Counted from the stretch's first letter, positions 13,161 to 26,880 are shown. The stretch: 64,000 bases of DNA from Eledone cirrhosa (GCA_964016885.1 OZ024743.1:319238001-319302000), one strand, 5' to 3'. Notes: generated by a model from the sequence alone, not told the origin. Numbers and translations: made by a program.

Positions 13161-13989
13161 TTCTTCGATGAGTTGCAACTGGATGAGAGTATCTGTTTAG
13201 TTTCTTTGGTGCGATATGACAACCAGCTACTTTCCGTTTTAATGTTTATGATGATGCTCCAGCAACCAATGGGCTCTAACAGGTAAAAAAAAAAAAGATT
13301 ACTACTAGAGATCTAGTACTTCAATTCTATGTAGTATGACTAATTCTATACGTAACTTTACATAATGCACCAATTCCCTATTTATTTATTTTTCTTTTGG
13401 ATGATATAAATGTCAACCACTTATGAAATCCATTCCAATATTGCGAAGTGGTTATCACATTTCTTATCAAATATCTAAAGACAGAATCTTTTCACTCGCT
13501 TCCGACTGAAGCATAGCCCCTCTTCTACTTCTGTTAAACACCATCATCAACAACATGCCAGTAATAAACAAAAACCTAAGTCTGATCGTAGATTTTCAAA
13601 AATTGTTTATATCATAACAGTTACTTCCTTTACGCTAACCCAGTTATTTCTTATTTTATCTCACAACGAATTCGCTACCTAGAAAGTTTCTGTCTCCATC
13701 CAACACTAAAACGTAAGGCAAGTAAGAAATTCTTTGTATAATACTCCCAAAACAATTATATCTACAGTTAAACTTGATCATAGAAAATCGGATAGAATTT
13801 TGAACTTGTTTACTGGCAGGAAAATTAAGTGAAATACATACGGGAATACTGCTTTCTAAGTTTGAAAACCTGTCTCAGCAAATTATATAAACATAATTTT
13901 ATTTTTTGAGTTATTTTATTTTTTATTTTTTAGTTTTTACTTCCAAATAGTTCCCTTTGTTTTTATTTATTTATTTTATAGTAGTGGAA

Positions 13990-14105
13990 ATTAGGAAGTT
14001 TTGAATTCAAAATATTCGATCAGGAAGTAAAACCTCTTTGTAGACTTCCGAGCCTATTTGTTCTGAAACAATATATATTTTAGTTGTTCTCCGTGGCAAC
14101 GTTTT
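13990..14105. promoter_or_regulatory. Candidate promoter: ETS-like GGAAGT sites and an RFX/X-box-like motif
   Basis: caggaagt at 14021, acttccg at 14044, gttctccgtggcaac at 14086-14100, upstream of a CpG-containing G/T-rich block. Confidence 0.25.
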
Positions 14106-15104
14106 CGCTATTTTATTCACGAGGCGCAACTGAGATATACCATCCAGTCAAGGGTTTAGAGTTTGCCCCTTCGCCATTTCTCTCCCTCATTTTTTATTCA
14201 TACTGTAATTCTTATTTCCCTCTTTCTGTTTGCGCACACACACACATACACACACACATACAAACACAAACACACACAGGCGGGGTGTCCGAGCGGGGAG
14301 GGCTGAAGGTGGTGTGTGTGTGTAGGTGTACGTGTGTGTGTGTGTGTGTATGTGAATGTGAGAGTTGGGGGAAGAACGGGGTTGCATGTTCAGGAAAAGG
14401 TGTGTGTGGGGTGGGGTGTAGGTCGGTGTGTGTGTGTGCGTGTGTGGATGGGGAGGGGTCAGAAGGGTGGGGGAGGGGAGGAGAGGATTCCGGAGGCTGA
14501 GTGTGTAAATATGTGGTGGTACGCACGTGTGCGTGGTGTTTATACGTATTGTGGATGTAGGTGGCGTGTGGGAAAAAATTTTTTTTTAGTGTATGTCCGT
14601 GGGTGAGTTCCTAAGGTAATTCCGTAGCGGATGTGGTGGGATGCCGGGTAATTTCCTTGTGATGAAGTTGATTCATGGGAGCGACGTCCAATGTGTGTAA
14701 ACAGTGGTTGGGTTGGTCGGAAGAGGGGAGATGTGGGGTGGACGCGCAACGAGAAGTGGTCAGAGGGTCAAGGTAGGGGGAGGGTTGTGTGTCTGTGTGT
14801 GCGGAGAGGTGGTCAGAGAGACAGGGCATAGCAGCAGTCGGGGAGAATGGCAGGTGGAGAAAGTCGGTGTGTCAGTGTGTGCGGAGGTGCAGTGGACAGG
14901 GGAGAGGATGGGTAGGTGTGAAAGGTGGAGTGGGGAGGGGGGTGTATTAGTAGAGGTATTGAATAGATTATTGGTTTGTAACGTTTAATTACTATTGTTT
15001 CACCCGTTTGACCACTTAATATCTATATGGGTCTGTTTGCTGATGTGATATTGTACTTTTCGTATCACACCGTAGTTGGTAGCCTTATGAGGCAGAGTGT
15101 TAAT

Positions 15105-16050
15105 AATAATAATGATTTAGGTACCAGACCAGCAATTTTTGGGGGAGGGGGAAGTCGATTAAATCGAGCCCAGTGCATTACTGGTACTTTATTAGTAATA
15201 GTAATAATAATTGTTTCTACTTTTGGCACAAGGCCAGCATTTACCCTAGTGCATTACTGGTGCTTTATTTTATCGACCCCGTAAGGATGAAAGGCAAAGT
15301 TAACCTCGGAGGGATTTGAACTCAGACCGTAAAGGGGCGTAACCCTATGCTACAAAGCATGGCGTCCGACCCTCTACCAATACTGCCAATATATGATGGT
15401 TATAAACTTGGGTTTTATGACGATTTTTGTATTTCTGTTCAACTCAGAATGTAAAGGGTCAAAACTCTATGTTGCAAAGCATGGTGTCTGACGCTCTACC
15501 GATACTGCCAATCCACCACTCTAGTAATAATAACAATAATAATGATTTCTACTATAGGCACAAGGCAAACAATTTGAGGAGCGTGGGAAGTCGATTAAAT
15601 CGATATTACCAATCCCCAGCCCTATAACAAATAGTTATCTAAAAATAATAATAACAGCGAATGAAAATAAATACAATAAGATTAATTTATCGAAACTCTG
15701 ACTTCGTTTGTATAAGTTGACCTCGGTGGGAGTTGAAACAAGATGACAGACAAACGGGACGAATAGCGCAAAGTATTCTCTCCGCAAAGCATTCTAATAT
15801 ATATATATGTCCATATGTAAATAAGAGAACCTTTCTCTTATACCTAAAGGTTTCTAATTTAGACACAAGTCCAGCAAAGAGTTTTAAGGGACAGGGAAAG
15901 TCAATTATATCGATACCAGTACGTAATTGGTATTATATGTTATCAACCTGAAAAGGAAGGAAAGAAACGATGACCACGCTGGGATTTGAACTCAGAACGT
16001 AAACAGCCAGAGAACAAATGCATTTTCCCGACAGTTCTAACGATTCTTCT
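15105..16050 (-). mobile_element. Cluster of nested/tandem CORE-type SINE pieces
   Basis: Repeated ctggtgctttattttatcgacccc..aaggatgaaaggcaaagt and gggatttgaactcag. Confidence 0.8.
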
Positions 16051-17244
16051 AATCCTTCAATACTTTCTATGTTATAACCAAACAAACACTTGTTGGTTGT
16101 CATAAAGTACAAAAATACAATCATCGTCATCTGTGTTATTATCAAATCACTCTTATCAAAGCAGAAATCATAAGTAACTTTTCACAGAAGCTAATAATTG
16201 ATTTATGACAAATAATTTTTAATTAGATTTGAAACGAATTGATCGCGTAATTTGTGAAGGTCACTTGTAGAGGACGTCTCACATAAACGACTGCAGTAAT
16301 AGAAATAGGTTGGGTTGGGCTGATTTAATAGCGTTGATATTTTCTTTAAATTCCTACAGCTTTATTCTAGTAGGTATCATGTTTTCAAGTGGAGGCGCTA
16401 GAGTGAAGCGGTGTTAACGTTGAAATGTTAGGCATGCCATTTAATTAAACAATGTGAGAGAAATGTAGGGATAAAAAATTAGATTACTACTTAAAGCATA
16501 TGTCAATAAAGGCAGAGCTGTGCTGGAATCTAGGGGGTGATGAAAAAAACAAAAAAAACATAATAGAAAATAAGTTTTCGTTACAGCAACAATAGAATAA
16601 TGATAGGATGACACAGATAAATGCTCAGAAATGGAAGAAAGAGTTCTGCCAGTCTTGTGAGAATTGGTGAAATATATTTCATCACATCACGATTGGTTCA
16701 AGGAGGAGGGTGCCTGTATGAGTAGTCTATAAGATACCAGCATTGTTAGACAGCAGAACATACTACGAATATCCATGAAGACACCATTTAGTGCTTGTCT
16801 CTCGAGTGAAGAGCAAGAAAAGCGAGTGGGCATAGGAGGGGAAGACAGATCTGTAAAAACCTGATTGAGGTCTGTGGAGGAGAAAAACCTATTAGGCATG
16901 GGCTTAACCTTATACCAGGCTCGTGATAAGACTTGTAACCGCGCTAGATTAAGATCTCTCGTGAGTAACCTGCAGCCAGAGATCTGGTCTGGGAGCTGGA
17001 TTGTGACATGGCTTATGACTGGGCTGGATGGAGATTTCTCATCCAATACTTCATAGAGGACAGGAGGAACTAATTAGTTAGCTAATTAATTAACCATCTT
17101 ATTGAAGTAAAATAGTAGAATCCGAGGATATTTGTGATTGTCTGCGTGAACAAATAGTAAATACAAACTGTCAAAATGGGACAGCTATGGTTCGTCATGA
17201 GGAAGGGTATATGTATGATTTGTCCTCTTCCTCACGGAAGACCA

Positions 17245-17545
17245 GGGCGTTGATTTGGTAAAGTCATTAGTGATTCGGTTTTTGTTCCGGCACACTGAGC
17301 TCTCAGTTCAAATATCACCGACGTCAACTTTGTCTTTCATCCATTCGAAGTCGATAAATAAAATAGCAGACCAGTACTGGGGTCAATTCTTAATCTATCT
17401 CTTTTTATTACTTTCTCTCGCTCTTTCACCTTCTCTGAAAGAAATCAGTCATGTGAAGACCTGGAGAAGGATAGGTTCCACCAGATTTGAAATGCCTCAA
17501 GATACTCCATGTATCAGAATGGTACACCTACGACTCCATCGGCAA
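17245..17545 (+). mobile_element. CORE-type SINE, long-tail subfamily
   Basis: Core plus tail gacctgg..gg.ttccaccag...cctacgactcca, also at 20265-20545, 28975-29300, 59655-59970 and on the minus strand at 55330-55620 and 59190-59475. Confidence 0.75.
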
Positions 17546-18449
17546 ATTTGTTTATTCGATTTAGTTAATTGCTTATACAATTCCTGTCAAGATGCCTGGC
17601 TTAGTGGTTAGGGTGTTCGGCTCACAAGCGTAAGGCCGTGAATACGATTCCTAGTGGCGTGTTGTATCCTTAAGCAAGATACTTTATTTCACGTTGTTCT
17701 AGCGGTAACAGAGAAACAAACGACAACGTTGTTTCTGGATTATTGCCCTTTGTCAAGAATTGTATTTACAACCTTGCACTCATGAGCCGAACACCCTAAC
17801 CACTAAGCCAGACACCTTCACAGGAATTGTATAAGCAATTAACTAAATCTTCGCTAAAGCCAGCTGTAAAATCGCTAGGTATGTAAATTAGGCTAATCAG
17901 CCGATGTATAGTTTAGAGAATACTATATATTCTCAAGAGTGACAGAAAAGAGATACACAATCTTGACAAAGGGCAATAACCTAAAAACAACTGTGTCGAT
18001 TGTTTCTCTGTGTTACCGCTAGAACAAAAGGATGACAATGGTCATCTAAAAAAGAAAAGCAGCGTAATGCGGCTGTTTGTTTGTAAACGACGAATATTAT
18101 TTCGGTCATTACTCAATGTTCATGGCCATAGGTAATGGTAGGCACGAATACCGAATTAGAAATAATTATTATTAACTCTGTCAATAACTCTATCTGCTGT
18201 TGTAGAGTTAGGTGTTAACTGTGTTCAGAAATCAGTTTTTGATATCTGGCCGCAGTCATTTCACTTCATTTTCACCACTAATGTCCAACGAAATACCCCA
18301 ATTACTTTCCCCTTGATAAACGTATGGTCATGCACCCAAATTACTCTAGCCCTAGTAATAATTATAATGCATGCAAGCATGGGCCCCTTAAAATTCTGAT
18401 GGAACGAAATCGTGTCATGCGTTGAGCCATGGACATTTAAACTCTGCGG

Positions 18450-18940
18450 AACCCATCTCCTTCTGAGTATGAACACAATTGATTTCTTCCAGAAAAAGAA
18501 ATGGAGCATGTTTGAGAGAGAAAATTAGAAAGAGGAAATAAGCGATTCCAGACAGGTACTTTATTTATCGACCTCGAAGTTTGGAAGGCAAAGTTTTCCT
18601 GGATTTGAACTCGTTATTCGTTCGACCCAGCTATTAATGGCTTAATGGCTTAATAAACGCAAAGCAATTTATCCGACATTTTAACAACACTGCCAATTCG
18701 CCGCTTTATAATAATAAATAATAATAATTGTTTCTACTTTAGGCACAGGGCCAGCAATTTGAAGGGGAGGGGAAAGTCGATTAAATCGACCCCAGTGCAT
18801 TACTGGTGCTTTATTTTATCGACCCCGTAAGGAAAAAAGGAAAAAATAACCTCGGTGGGATTTGAACTCAGAACGCAAAGGGACGAAACTATATGGCACA
18901 AAGCATGTTGTCCGACGCTCTACAGATACTGCCAATCCAC
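18450..18940 (-). mobile_element. Two adjacent CORE-type SINEs
   Basis: Two copies of core and B-box on the minus strand. Confidence 0.8.
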
Positions 18941-20264
18941 CAATAATAATAACGCTTTCTTTATTAGCCACATAGGGCTGACATTAAGTAAACAATAAAG
19001 ACGGCACAGAACAATACAGTATCGGTTTTTGTGTGTAAAAACGTTTTTTAACAAATCTAAAAAAAGGGGAAAAATAAACATTAATAATAAAAAGGAAAAT
19101 TTGTGAAGTAATTTTCAAAGAAATATTTTCATTCTTGGAAGATAGGTAAATACGAAGATGAGGAACTTTACGCACTACGTGACCTGTCTTGAGAGGACGG
19201 GAATATTCCATCGACTACATGCTTTGCTATTTGTTCGTCTTGTCTTTTTATTGCATAAAGTTTCTACAAAATGTTGCAGATAATCTTTAAACTTAAATAT
19301 ACTTATCCACGTAATAAACATTATATAATCGCACAGTATCAATTAAATACAGATGTCTTTACTCTGCCATCAGTTAGCACATCACATTATCTTTGAGTTT
19401 GTTTATGTCTGCTATTCATACACAAGGATGCTTTTCAGAAATTTACCATTTGCATCTTTTACATAAACATCATTTAATCTGAGATAGAAGAAGAAAAAGA
19501 AAACTCTTTAGAATTAATCCAAGTGCATAAATTTACCTTATGTAAAAACCTAATCTAAACTCAGCTAAAATTAAGTGACCGACTCTAGAAAAACAATATA
19601 CTTACTATGTATGAATAACGTTAGCTTAAATGCATTTGGTGTAAACCTAGATAATGTTATAATAATAACAATAATTTCTTACATAAAAAAATAATAATAA
19701 TAACAATAATAGAAATTGTCTCGGTTGTCGGTACATTCTGAGTACTGTATTACCTAATGTTATGATGAAGGATTCGCTAATTATTGCAGCTTCCTGTTGT
19801 TGGTAAAATCTGGGCCCCCCACTCTGTCGCAAATGGTATATGTACCTGGATTTACTTGGCCAGCTTCAACTCTTATTTACACCGTCTATTTACATTAATA
19901 TTTTTAGTTCTCACTCCTTTCACATGTCTCTCACCCATTACACACATACTTACACACATATATATATATAAACATATGCACGCAATTACGTGTAAATATA
20001 CACATATTTCTGCAATATATCAAATTCCTCGTATATATTTCCAACATATATTTTCAATCACTTAACCAGAGACCCGTATAGAGTCTGATGCAACTGAGAA
20101 TACACAAACAGTTATTCTTGTTATTTTATCTTCAAATTTCAACGAGAAGATCACCGCTTTCTAATACAACCAAGGTAATTAAATTTGTTAATAATAATAA
20201 ACTAAAAGCAAATTAAATACCATATACTATTATTCAAATATTCACTGTGTTATATATTTTTAAA

Positions 20265-20545
20265 TGCGTTAGAACGTCGATTACATTGCTTGGTATTCGT
20301 CCAATCTCTGCGCTCTGAGTTCAAATCTCACCGAGATTAGCTTTGTCATCTTTACCAGGTCGATAAATAAAGTAATAGTTAAATACCTGGAGTTGATTCC
20401 TCCTCTGAATCTCTTGAACACACTCTCTATTTCTTTCCCTGGAATAAATTGGCTGTGTTCAGACCTGGGTAGGAATGGGTTCCGCCAGTTCCAAATGGCC
20501 AAGGCCTGACATGTATCACAATGACGTCCCTACGGCTCCACCAGG
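20265..20545 (+). mobile_element. CORE-type SINE, long-tail subfamily
   Basis: ctctgagttcaaatctc, ggtcgataaataaagta, tail as at 17245-17545. Confidence 0.75.
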
Positions 20546-20576
20546 ATTTAAAAGCACATGCGTATATATATATGTA

Positions 20577-20677
20577 CAGAGTGTCCTCTAAAAATGTATA
20601 CATACACTGATTATCTGTACAAGCAATATTTATTAGAATGTTGTTGAAGTGTGTATACATTTTTGGGGGACACGCTG
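20577..20677. mobile_element. Small Tc1/mariner-type MITE
   Basis: TIRs cagagtgtcc...aaaaatgtatac / gtatacattttt...ggacacgctg flanked by TA; related copy at 52306-52383. Confidence 0.75.
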
Positions 20678-20682
20678 TATAT

Positions 20683-20877
20683 ACATGAGGTTCGGCTGAA
20701 AGTTAGTAAACTGGCAAGGAATGAGTGATACTAGAGCTGTGAAATCTTGCATGCATTGTTTTTCAACTCTTATTAATAACTGCCCTAACATTCCAGGCTC
20801 TATCTTGAAAATAAACCTCATTTGATCATTCCATGATAGTATCTTGGTCAGGCTATGAACTTTTAGCCTACCCTCGT
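20683..20877. mobile_element. Tc1/mariner-type MITE
   Basis: TIR-like gaggttcggctgaaagtt / aacttttagcctaccctcg in TA context. Confidence 0.55.
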
Positions 20878-22846
20878 ATATATATATTTAAATAATACGC
20901 AAATTTGTATACATAAATATTACGCAAATTTGCACCCCCCTCCCATTTTATTGTTGTTACAACATTTTGTAGACTTTATGAAACCGTGAGTTACGTATTT
21001 TTGTATGATTAATCATGTAAATATGTATGTTTTCTGATGAAACCTCAAAAAGTGTGGAAAATTGTCCATCACATTTTCAGTAAATACGTAAGTATGATAT
21101 GTTTTCATGTCTATAAACAATGTATATATTTATATACACATTCACGCACTCACAGTTGATCCTATACTGTATATGTACATATAAGTATTTAATTATTCTT
21201 TTAGATGAGCTTAAAATGAACGCTACATCATAAGTTTAAAAGACGTGTAGTAACCTTTATGTATTTTAAATAAGACGTGATGGTTCGTATACAGCCGAAA
21301 TACTACCTGAATTATAACCACAAAGGTTATTTCCGTACCTACATCTTGAATGAAATGATGAATATATGATTGAAATATTCCTCAAATTATTGGGTTGCAA
21401 GTTCTCAACTGGACATATATTTACCTCTTTGATACCAAGATGGCCGAAGACAACTCTGCTACTCCAGTACAATCTGCCTGTTTTAAAATGTTTATATTTA
21501 ACTAAAGAAACTAACACCATAATTCTATGTATGTGCCTTTATTGTGCTCCAAACACTAGACAAACTATTTTACTAATGCTCTCTAAATTCTTCATAATTT
21601 TCGAAATTAATTGAAAATCATTAGATTTAGTTTTTCGTTAGGAATATAGTAACGAAAGAATTAAACCATACAAACTTGGCGTGTTAAGGAAATGATTGAC
21701 TTTCCTAGCTGGGCATTATGAAATTACAACAGTACCATGAAGAACAACATTGATGAATTAACAATTACTTGATTGACAATGACCTAGGACGTTGCAGAGA
21801 TGGCAACCCAAGTCCATCATAACTACCCCAAGCAATCGGAATGAAAAAGACGGATTTCTTGCTGATACTAAAATATAAGTATCTTGTGAATCTGATATAA
21901 TTCGGACGAATCATGCGAAGCTATTGGCTCCTGTCTAAATCAGGAATTTCTCAAACTTTTTAGACCATCACTCCTTTCAATTTCAGGAAATGAAGTGATG
22001 CAGAGAGCAGCAAGAAAAAAGATGTAGAGGAAGAAACGACTCCAGTACTGGATTAACATTTTTTTATCGTGCTCGAAAGGAAGTAAAGCGAAATTAATCT
22101 CGATGGGTTATGAACATAGAGAGCAGAGAACCGGAACGAATACGACAAAACATTCTATCCAACGGTCTAACAACTCAGCCAACAGTTCACTTCTCTCTGC
22201 ATACTAACCTACGGTAAACTAATAAAACCATCGTTTTACCGAATCAATCAATTTATGTATTACTGAAACAGAATAAAGATTTCTCGCTGAAGAAAAAAAA
22301 AAAAAGAAGTAAAAGAAATTCGTTTGGATTTCAGTATCGTTTCTGTAATAAAAGTTGAAACTGTATGTATTTGAACTAGGATCATTGTGAGAGGAGAGAA
22401 AATGAAGTAAGCTAATACAGCCACTGTTAAGTGCATTATCAATTACAATTACCTACTACGATTAACCTAGTTCTTGTGTAGAGCCAGCCATTTGAAATAG
22501 GTCATTAACTGAATACAGGGCTAGCCAAAGATGGGATATGAACTGTCACCCTGTGGTCAATAGGCTAACATCATACCGGATTGTCTAGCAGGCGCTACTC
22601 AAAGGAAATCTTTATAAATATTTCCAACCACAACTAAAGCCATACTTGTCATTTTCACATAAAAGTTTTGACATAAAAATGTCAACACTATGTCCCTCTC
22701 AACAAGCACATTATCTCTATGAAGCTGTGTAGAAAGAAGCTATTTCTTATCCAAAAAACAAGATACTATCTTCACCTCCAGAACATTCTTATCTTTCAAA
22801 TCCAAGTTAAATTAACAGTAAATACAAATGTACCACACACACACAC

Positions 22847-22917
<71 letters not shown>

Positions 22918-23284
22918 TGGCTGCCAACTCGTTTTCGAGTACGGCCACTACTTTATATCCATGTAGGAGAACCCCTACCGAAGCGCTGAACGAGTGTGAC
23001 TTTTTAGTCCAGCCAGCGACTTGAAAACTCTGGTACAAACACTACACTTGTGACAATTATTGACACATAGTGCTGGGCCCATGGTACCATGTGAGGACAA
23101 GTGCAGAGAGATCTCCAGATATAAAGCAATGCCTGTGCCGTGAAGCTTTTATAGTGAGCAAAGGCACTGCACAAAGCCAGTCCCACTCTCTTAACCAAGA
23201 TGATATTTACCAAAAAGAAGAACAAGTCAACATCATTGGATACCATCAGGGTTGCAGGTGTTATATCAGAGTTTTCCTTCTCCT

Positions 23285-23366
23285 AGGATGGTGACCTATA
23301 ATTTGACATTTAGGTGTCACCCAGGGTTCAAGGCGTGGACAGATTTCGCTACATATATAGGTATAT

Positions 23367-23446
<80 letters not shown>

Positions 23447-23522
23447 TTATATATGTATATATATGTATATATACACGTATATATATATATACGTGTATAT
23501 ATACATATATATACATATATAA

Positions 23523-23608
<86 letters not shown>

Positions 23609-23690
23609 ATATACCTATATATGTAGCGAAATCTGTCCACGCCTTGAACCCTGGGTGACACCTAAATGTCAAATTATAGGTCACCATCCT
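23285..23690. repeat. 406-bp perfect palindrome centred at 23487/23488
   Basis: ORFs 23314..23658(+) and 23317..23661(-) translate identically; arms are the first 69 bp of an LTR plus the irregular (TA)n flank. Confidence 0.95.
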
Positions 23691-25628
23691 TTTCGGAGTG
23701 GACAGGTTCATGCGTGGGCGATCCCTCGATGCGGGAGACAGAAAGCGACAGGTATAAAAAGCCTGTGTCATCCCACGTCTAACACACAGAGACATTGGAG
23801 CAGTACACTATAGACAAGCTATGTAAAGTGTCACCGCTATCTAAAGGCCACTGAGGTCTACAGACAACCACAGAGCATTACTCTCTCTTTCACCTGGTCT
23901 CAGACTACACCAGCCTCATGAGCCAACAACAAAATAACATCATCAACCTTTGCGACTCGTGGTAACTTGTTTATTGTTCTTTTTGACTGAAGTGAAGTAA
24001 ACCTTTTTATATATAAAGTAATTCAGCTATTCTTGTTATTTCATCTAACAACCACTACTAATAATAACCTTCTTACATTGGTGACCCAGACGCGGGAACG
24101 AACAGGTTCCTTCTAAAAAAAAAAAAAAAAATACGAAGTGGTATTTTAAAAAAAGAAAAAAAACACGCAACCTTTCTTCTGACCATGGCTTCCATTGCCA
24201 ACATCAACAACTTTCTCAACAGCAGCTTTCTCAGCAATCTATAATTACGAAGCTTCTCATCTATATGGTTCGATATGATAAACTTCACTTCAAATTATTC
24301 ACCAAACTTCGATTCTACGGAATATTTACAGTGACTTCACTTTGATGTTTCGATTAATTACCAAACATTTCACCACGTGCTTCGTAATCTCCAACAACAA
24401 CAACAGCTTCCTAGCAAAAAAAACGATAACATAAAGAAGAGAATAACTGAACTTTTTGTTAAAAAACAATTATTTCTTCCTTTTTTACAAACAATGTTCG
24501 AACATTTATTTCTTTTAAACTGTATATATGAACATTCGTTTTTTTTAATCATTGTATATATGACTGCATACGCACATTTTTAAAAACTGTATTACATGCC
24601 TGCATACGCACAAACATTTCTTTGTCATACACCAACATGTTTTTGTCTACGGTATGTTCTGGATGATTCGGTGGGGAATCTGCGAGATCACTTTTCACCT
24701 GGTCGAGGTACGGCAACAGCTATAAAACACATGAGAAACACCCCACGGGTTCTACTCGCCTGGACTCACTCAAGCACGCAACTTAAAATTGCACACACTC
24801 ATGTCATAGCGCAGACCTCAACTCACTGGAAAAACATCTTACGTATGATGATACATCGAGAGAAATAGTCCTCTGTATTGTCATATCATAATCCGATACC
24901 GCAACCCCGAACGTTCAGACATCCATACACAACAGTTCGAAATACATGATCACAACTTTGTATATTTACAGTTTCTTCTAAATGTTACACACACACACAT
25001 GCATACACAGTTATACGATATATTTTTTTCTCCCCAAATTTCTTTGCACTCGAAATGCGGGCGCAGTACCCACATTTTGTGTGTTTTGGGACACGTTTCT
25101 GGAATCAGATTTTGCTACCCCTTTTGTAGTCGATCACTGATCCTGCATCGAACTGAGTAGGGAACTAATGTAGCGAAATCTGTCCACGCCTTGAACCCTG
25201 GGTGACACCTAAAAGTCAAATTCTAGGTCACCATCCTTTTAGGAGTGGACAGGTTCATGAGTGGGCGATCCCTCGAGGCGGGAGACAGAAAGCGACAGGT
25301 ATAAAAAGCCTGTATCATCCCACGTCTAACACACAGAGAGATCGGAGCAGTACACTATAGACAAGCTATGTAAAGAGTCACCGTTATCTAAAGGCCGCTG
25401 AGGTCTACAGACAACCACAGAGCATTACTCTCTCTCTCTCTCTCTCCTGGTCTCAGACTAGACCAGCCTCATGAGCCAACAACAAAATAACATCATCAAC
25501 CTTTGCGACTCGTGGTAACTTGTTTATTGTTCTTTTTGACTGAAATGAAGTAAACCTTTTTATATATAAAGTAATTCAGCTATTCTTGTTATTTCATCTA
25601 ACAACCACTACTAATACACTTCGTTACA
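23622..25628 (+). mobile_element. Non-autonomous LTR retroelement (LTRs 23622-24077 and 25169-25628)
   Basis: ~460-bp direct repeats TGTAGCG...TTACA, PBS tggtgacccagacg (tRNA-Trp-like), purine-rich gagtagggaa before the 3' LTR, TATA on both flanks, ~1.1-kb internal region without a recognisable ORF. Confidence 0.92.
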
Positions 25629-25778
25629 TATATGTATATATATATACATATATGTGTATATATATGTACGTATATGTGTATATATATACGTATATGTGTA
25701 TATATATACGTATATGTGTATATGATTATATATGTACGTATATATGTATATATGTACGTATATGTGTATATATGCGTG

Positions 25779-25849
<71 letters not shown>

Positions 25850-25851
<2 letters not shown>

Positions 25852-26880
25852 ATAATAAATAAATGGAAACTATATTTATAAAACCATATTTATTCTATTA
25901 TATATATTTCAAGGGTACCAAAACTTTGGTACGCACTCATCAGATAAAATACAAACTTTATTTTATAAATATTGATATAACCAGAAAAAAATACCTTAAC
26001 GGTTCAAGTTTTTCCTGGATAGTGAAGGAAAAGAAAAGAAAAGTCAGATATTTCAGATTAGTAAGATGATTATGCAAATGATGTTGAGGTATAGGGCTGA
26101 AAAAAACCCGTTATTTTTAGACGCTATGTACATTTAAATAATTAAGATATATGTATGTATGACTAGGAAGAAGAAAAAGAAAGAAAGAAGAGTTTGTATT
26201 TACGTTAATTTAAAAAGAATTAACAATTTGTAGGTATGGTGGGTTATGATTCCAGAATTTAAAAATTATTTAGCTATATTATGAGTATATTGTATATATA
26301 ATGAATTAGATTATATGAAGAATTATGGTTGTAATTAGATTTTATCTTATTACATTACAACAGGTTGTAAGTATATAAATATCTATATAGATTAATAATT
26401 TTGCATGTATAAGTATTATTGGTGATTTTATAGAAATAGAAATAAGTCACAATTATTAGTTGTTTACATTTCTCATATGAGTTACGAAGGGTGTTGATTT
26501 TGCATTTTACATAAAAAAAACACGTAGTTCAAGTTGTAAGAGGAGAATAATTTGTAGATTCAAATATTTTGTTCCAACATTGAAAATGTTTTCAGAATAT
26601 TGTTAATTTAGCGAAGTTATATAGTTTATCATATATATTATAATGTTTATGTTTGCTCGATTGAAAAGGAAAAGGAAAAGATAACTCCAATCTTGTTTGC
26701 TAACCGTTAAATTTGATGAATGATTTACTCAGAAAATATATAGAGAAAATTATATATTATTTCGTGTGAGATTAATTTTTCAAGGATGAGAGTTTCAATT
26801 ATATATTATTTTAGTCGAAAGATGTGTGAAAGTTTGAAGATCAAATAAGAGGGAAAAAGTATTGTGCCTTTCGATGTCTT
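25850..26880 (-). mobile_element. Highly degenerate retroelement remnant, probably Penelope-like
   Basis: Strand-biased AT-rich block ending in the hammerhead at 25892-25950 and a (TA)n tract; protein motifs barely recognisable. Confidence 0.35.
25892..25950 (-). ncRNA. Minimal type I hammerhead ribozyme motif
   Basis: attttat-CTGATGA-gtgc(gtaccaaa/tttggtac)cctt-GAAA-tatatat-A-atagaat; stems I-III can all form. Confidence 0.75.

Noticed and set aside
13485-13682. Open frame with KSDRRFSKIVYIITVTSFTLTQLF, reminiscent of a GPCR TM6
   Set aside because: No start, weak acceptor, no other TM segments in frame, ends in a stop; may be chance
21030-21085. CTGATGA...GAAA on the + strand
   Set aside because: Stems I and II do not pair convincingly; at best a decayed hammerhead
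21425-21477. Possible 53-nt minus-strand exon with AG/GT boundaries
   Set aside because: No recognisable protein and no partner exons; needs RNA-seq
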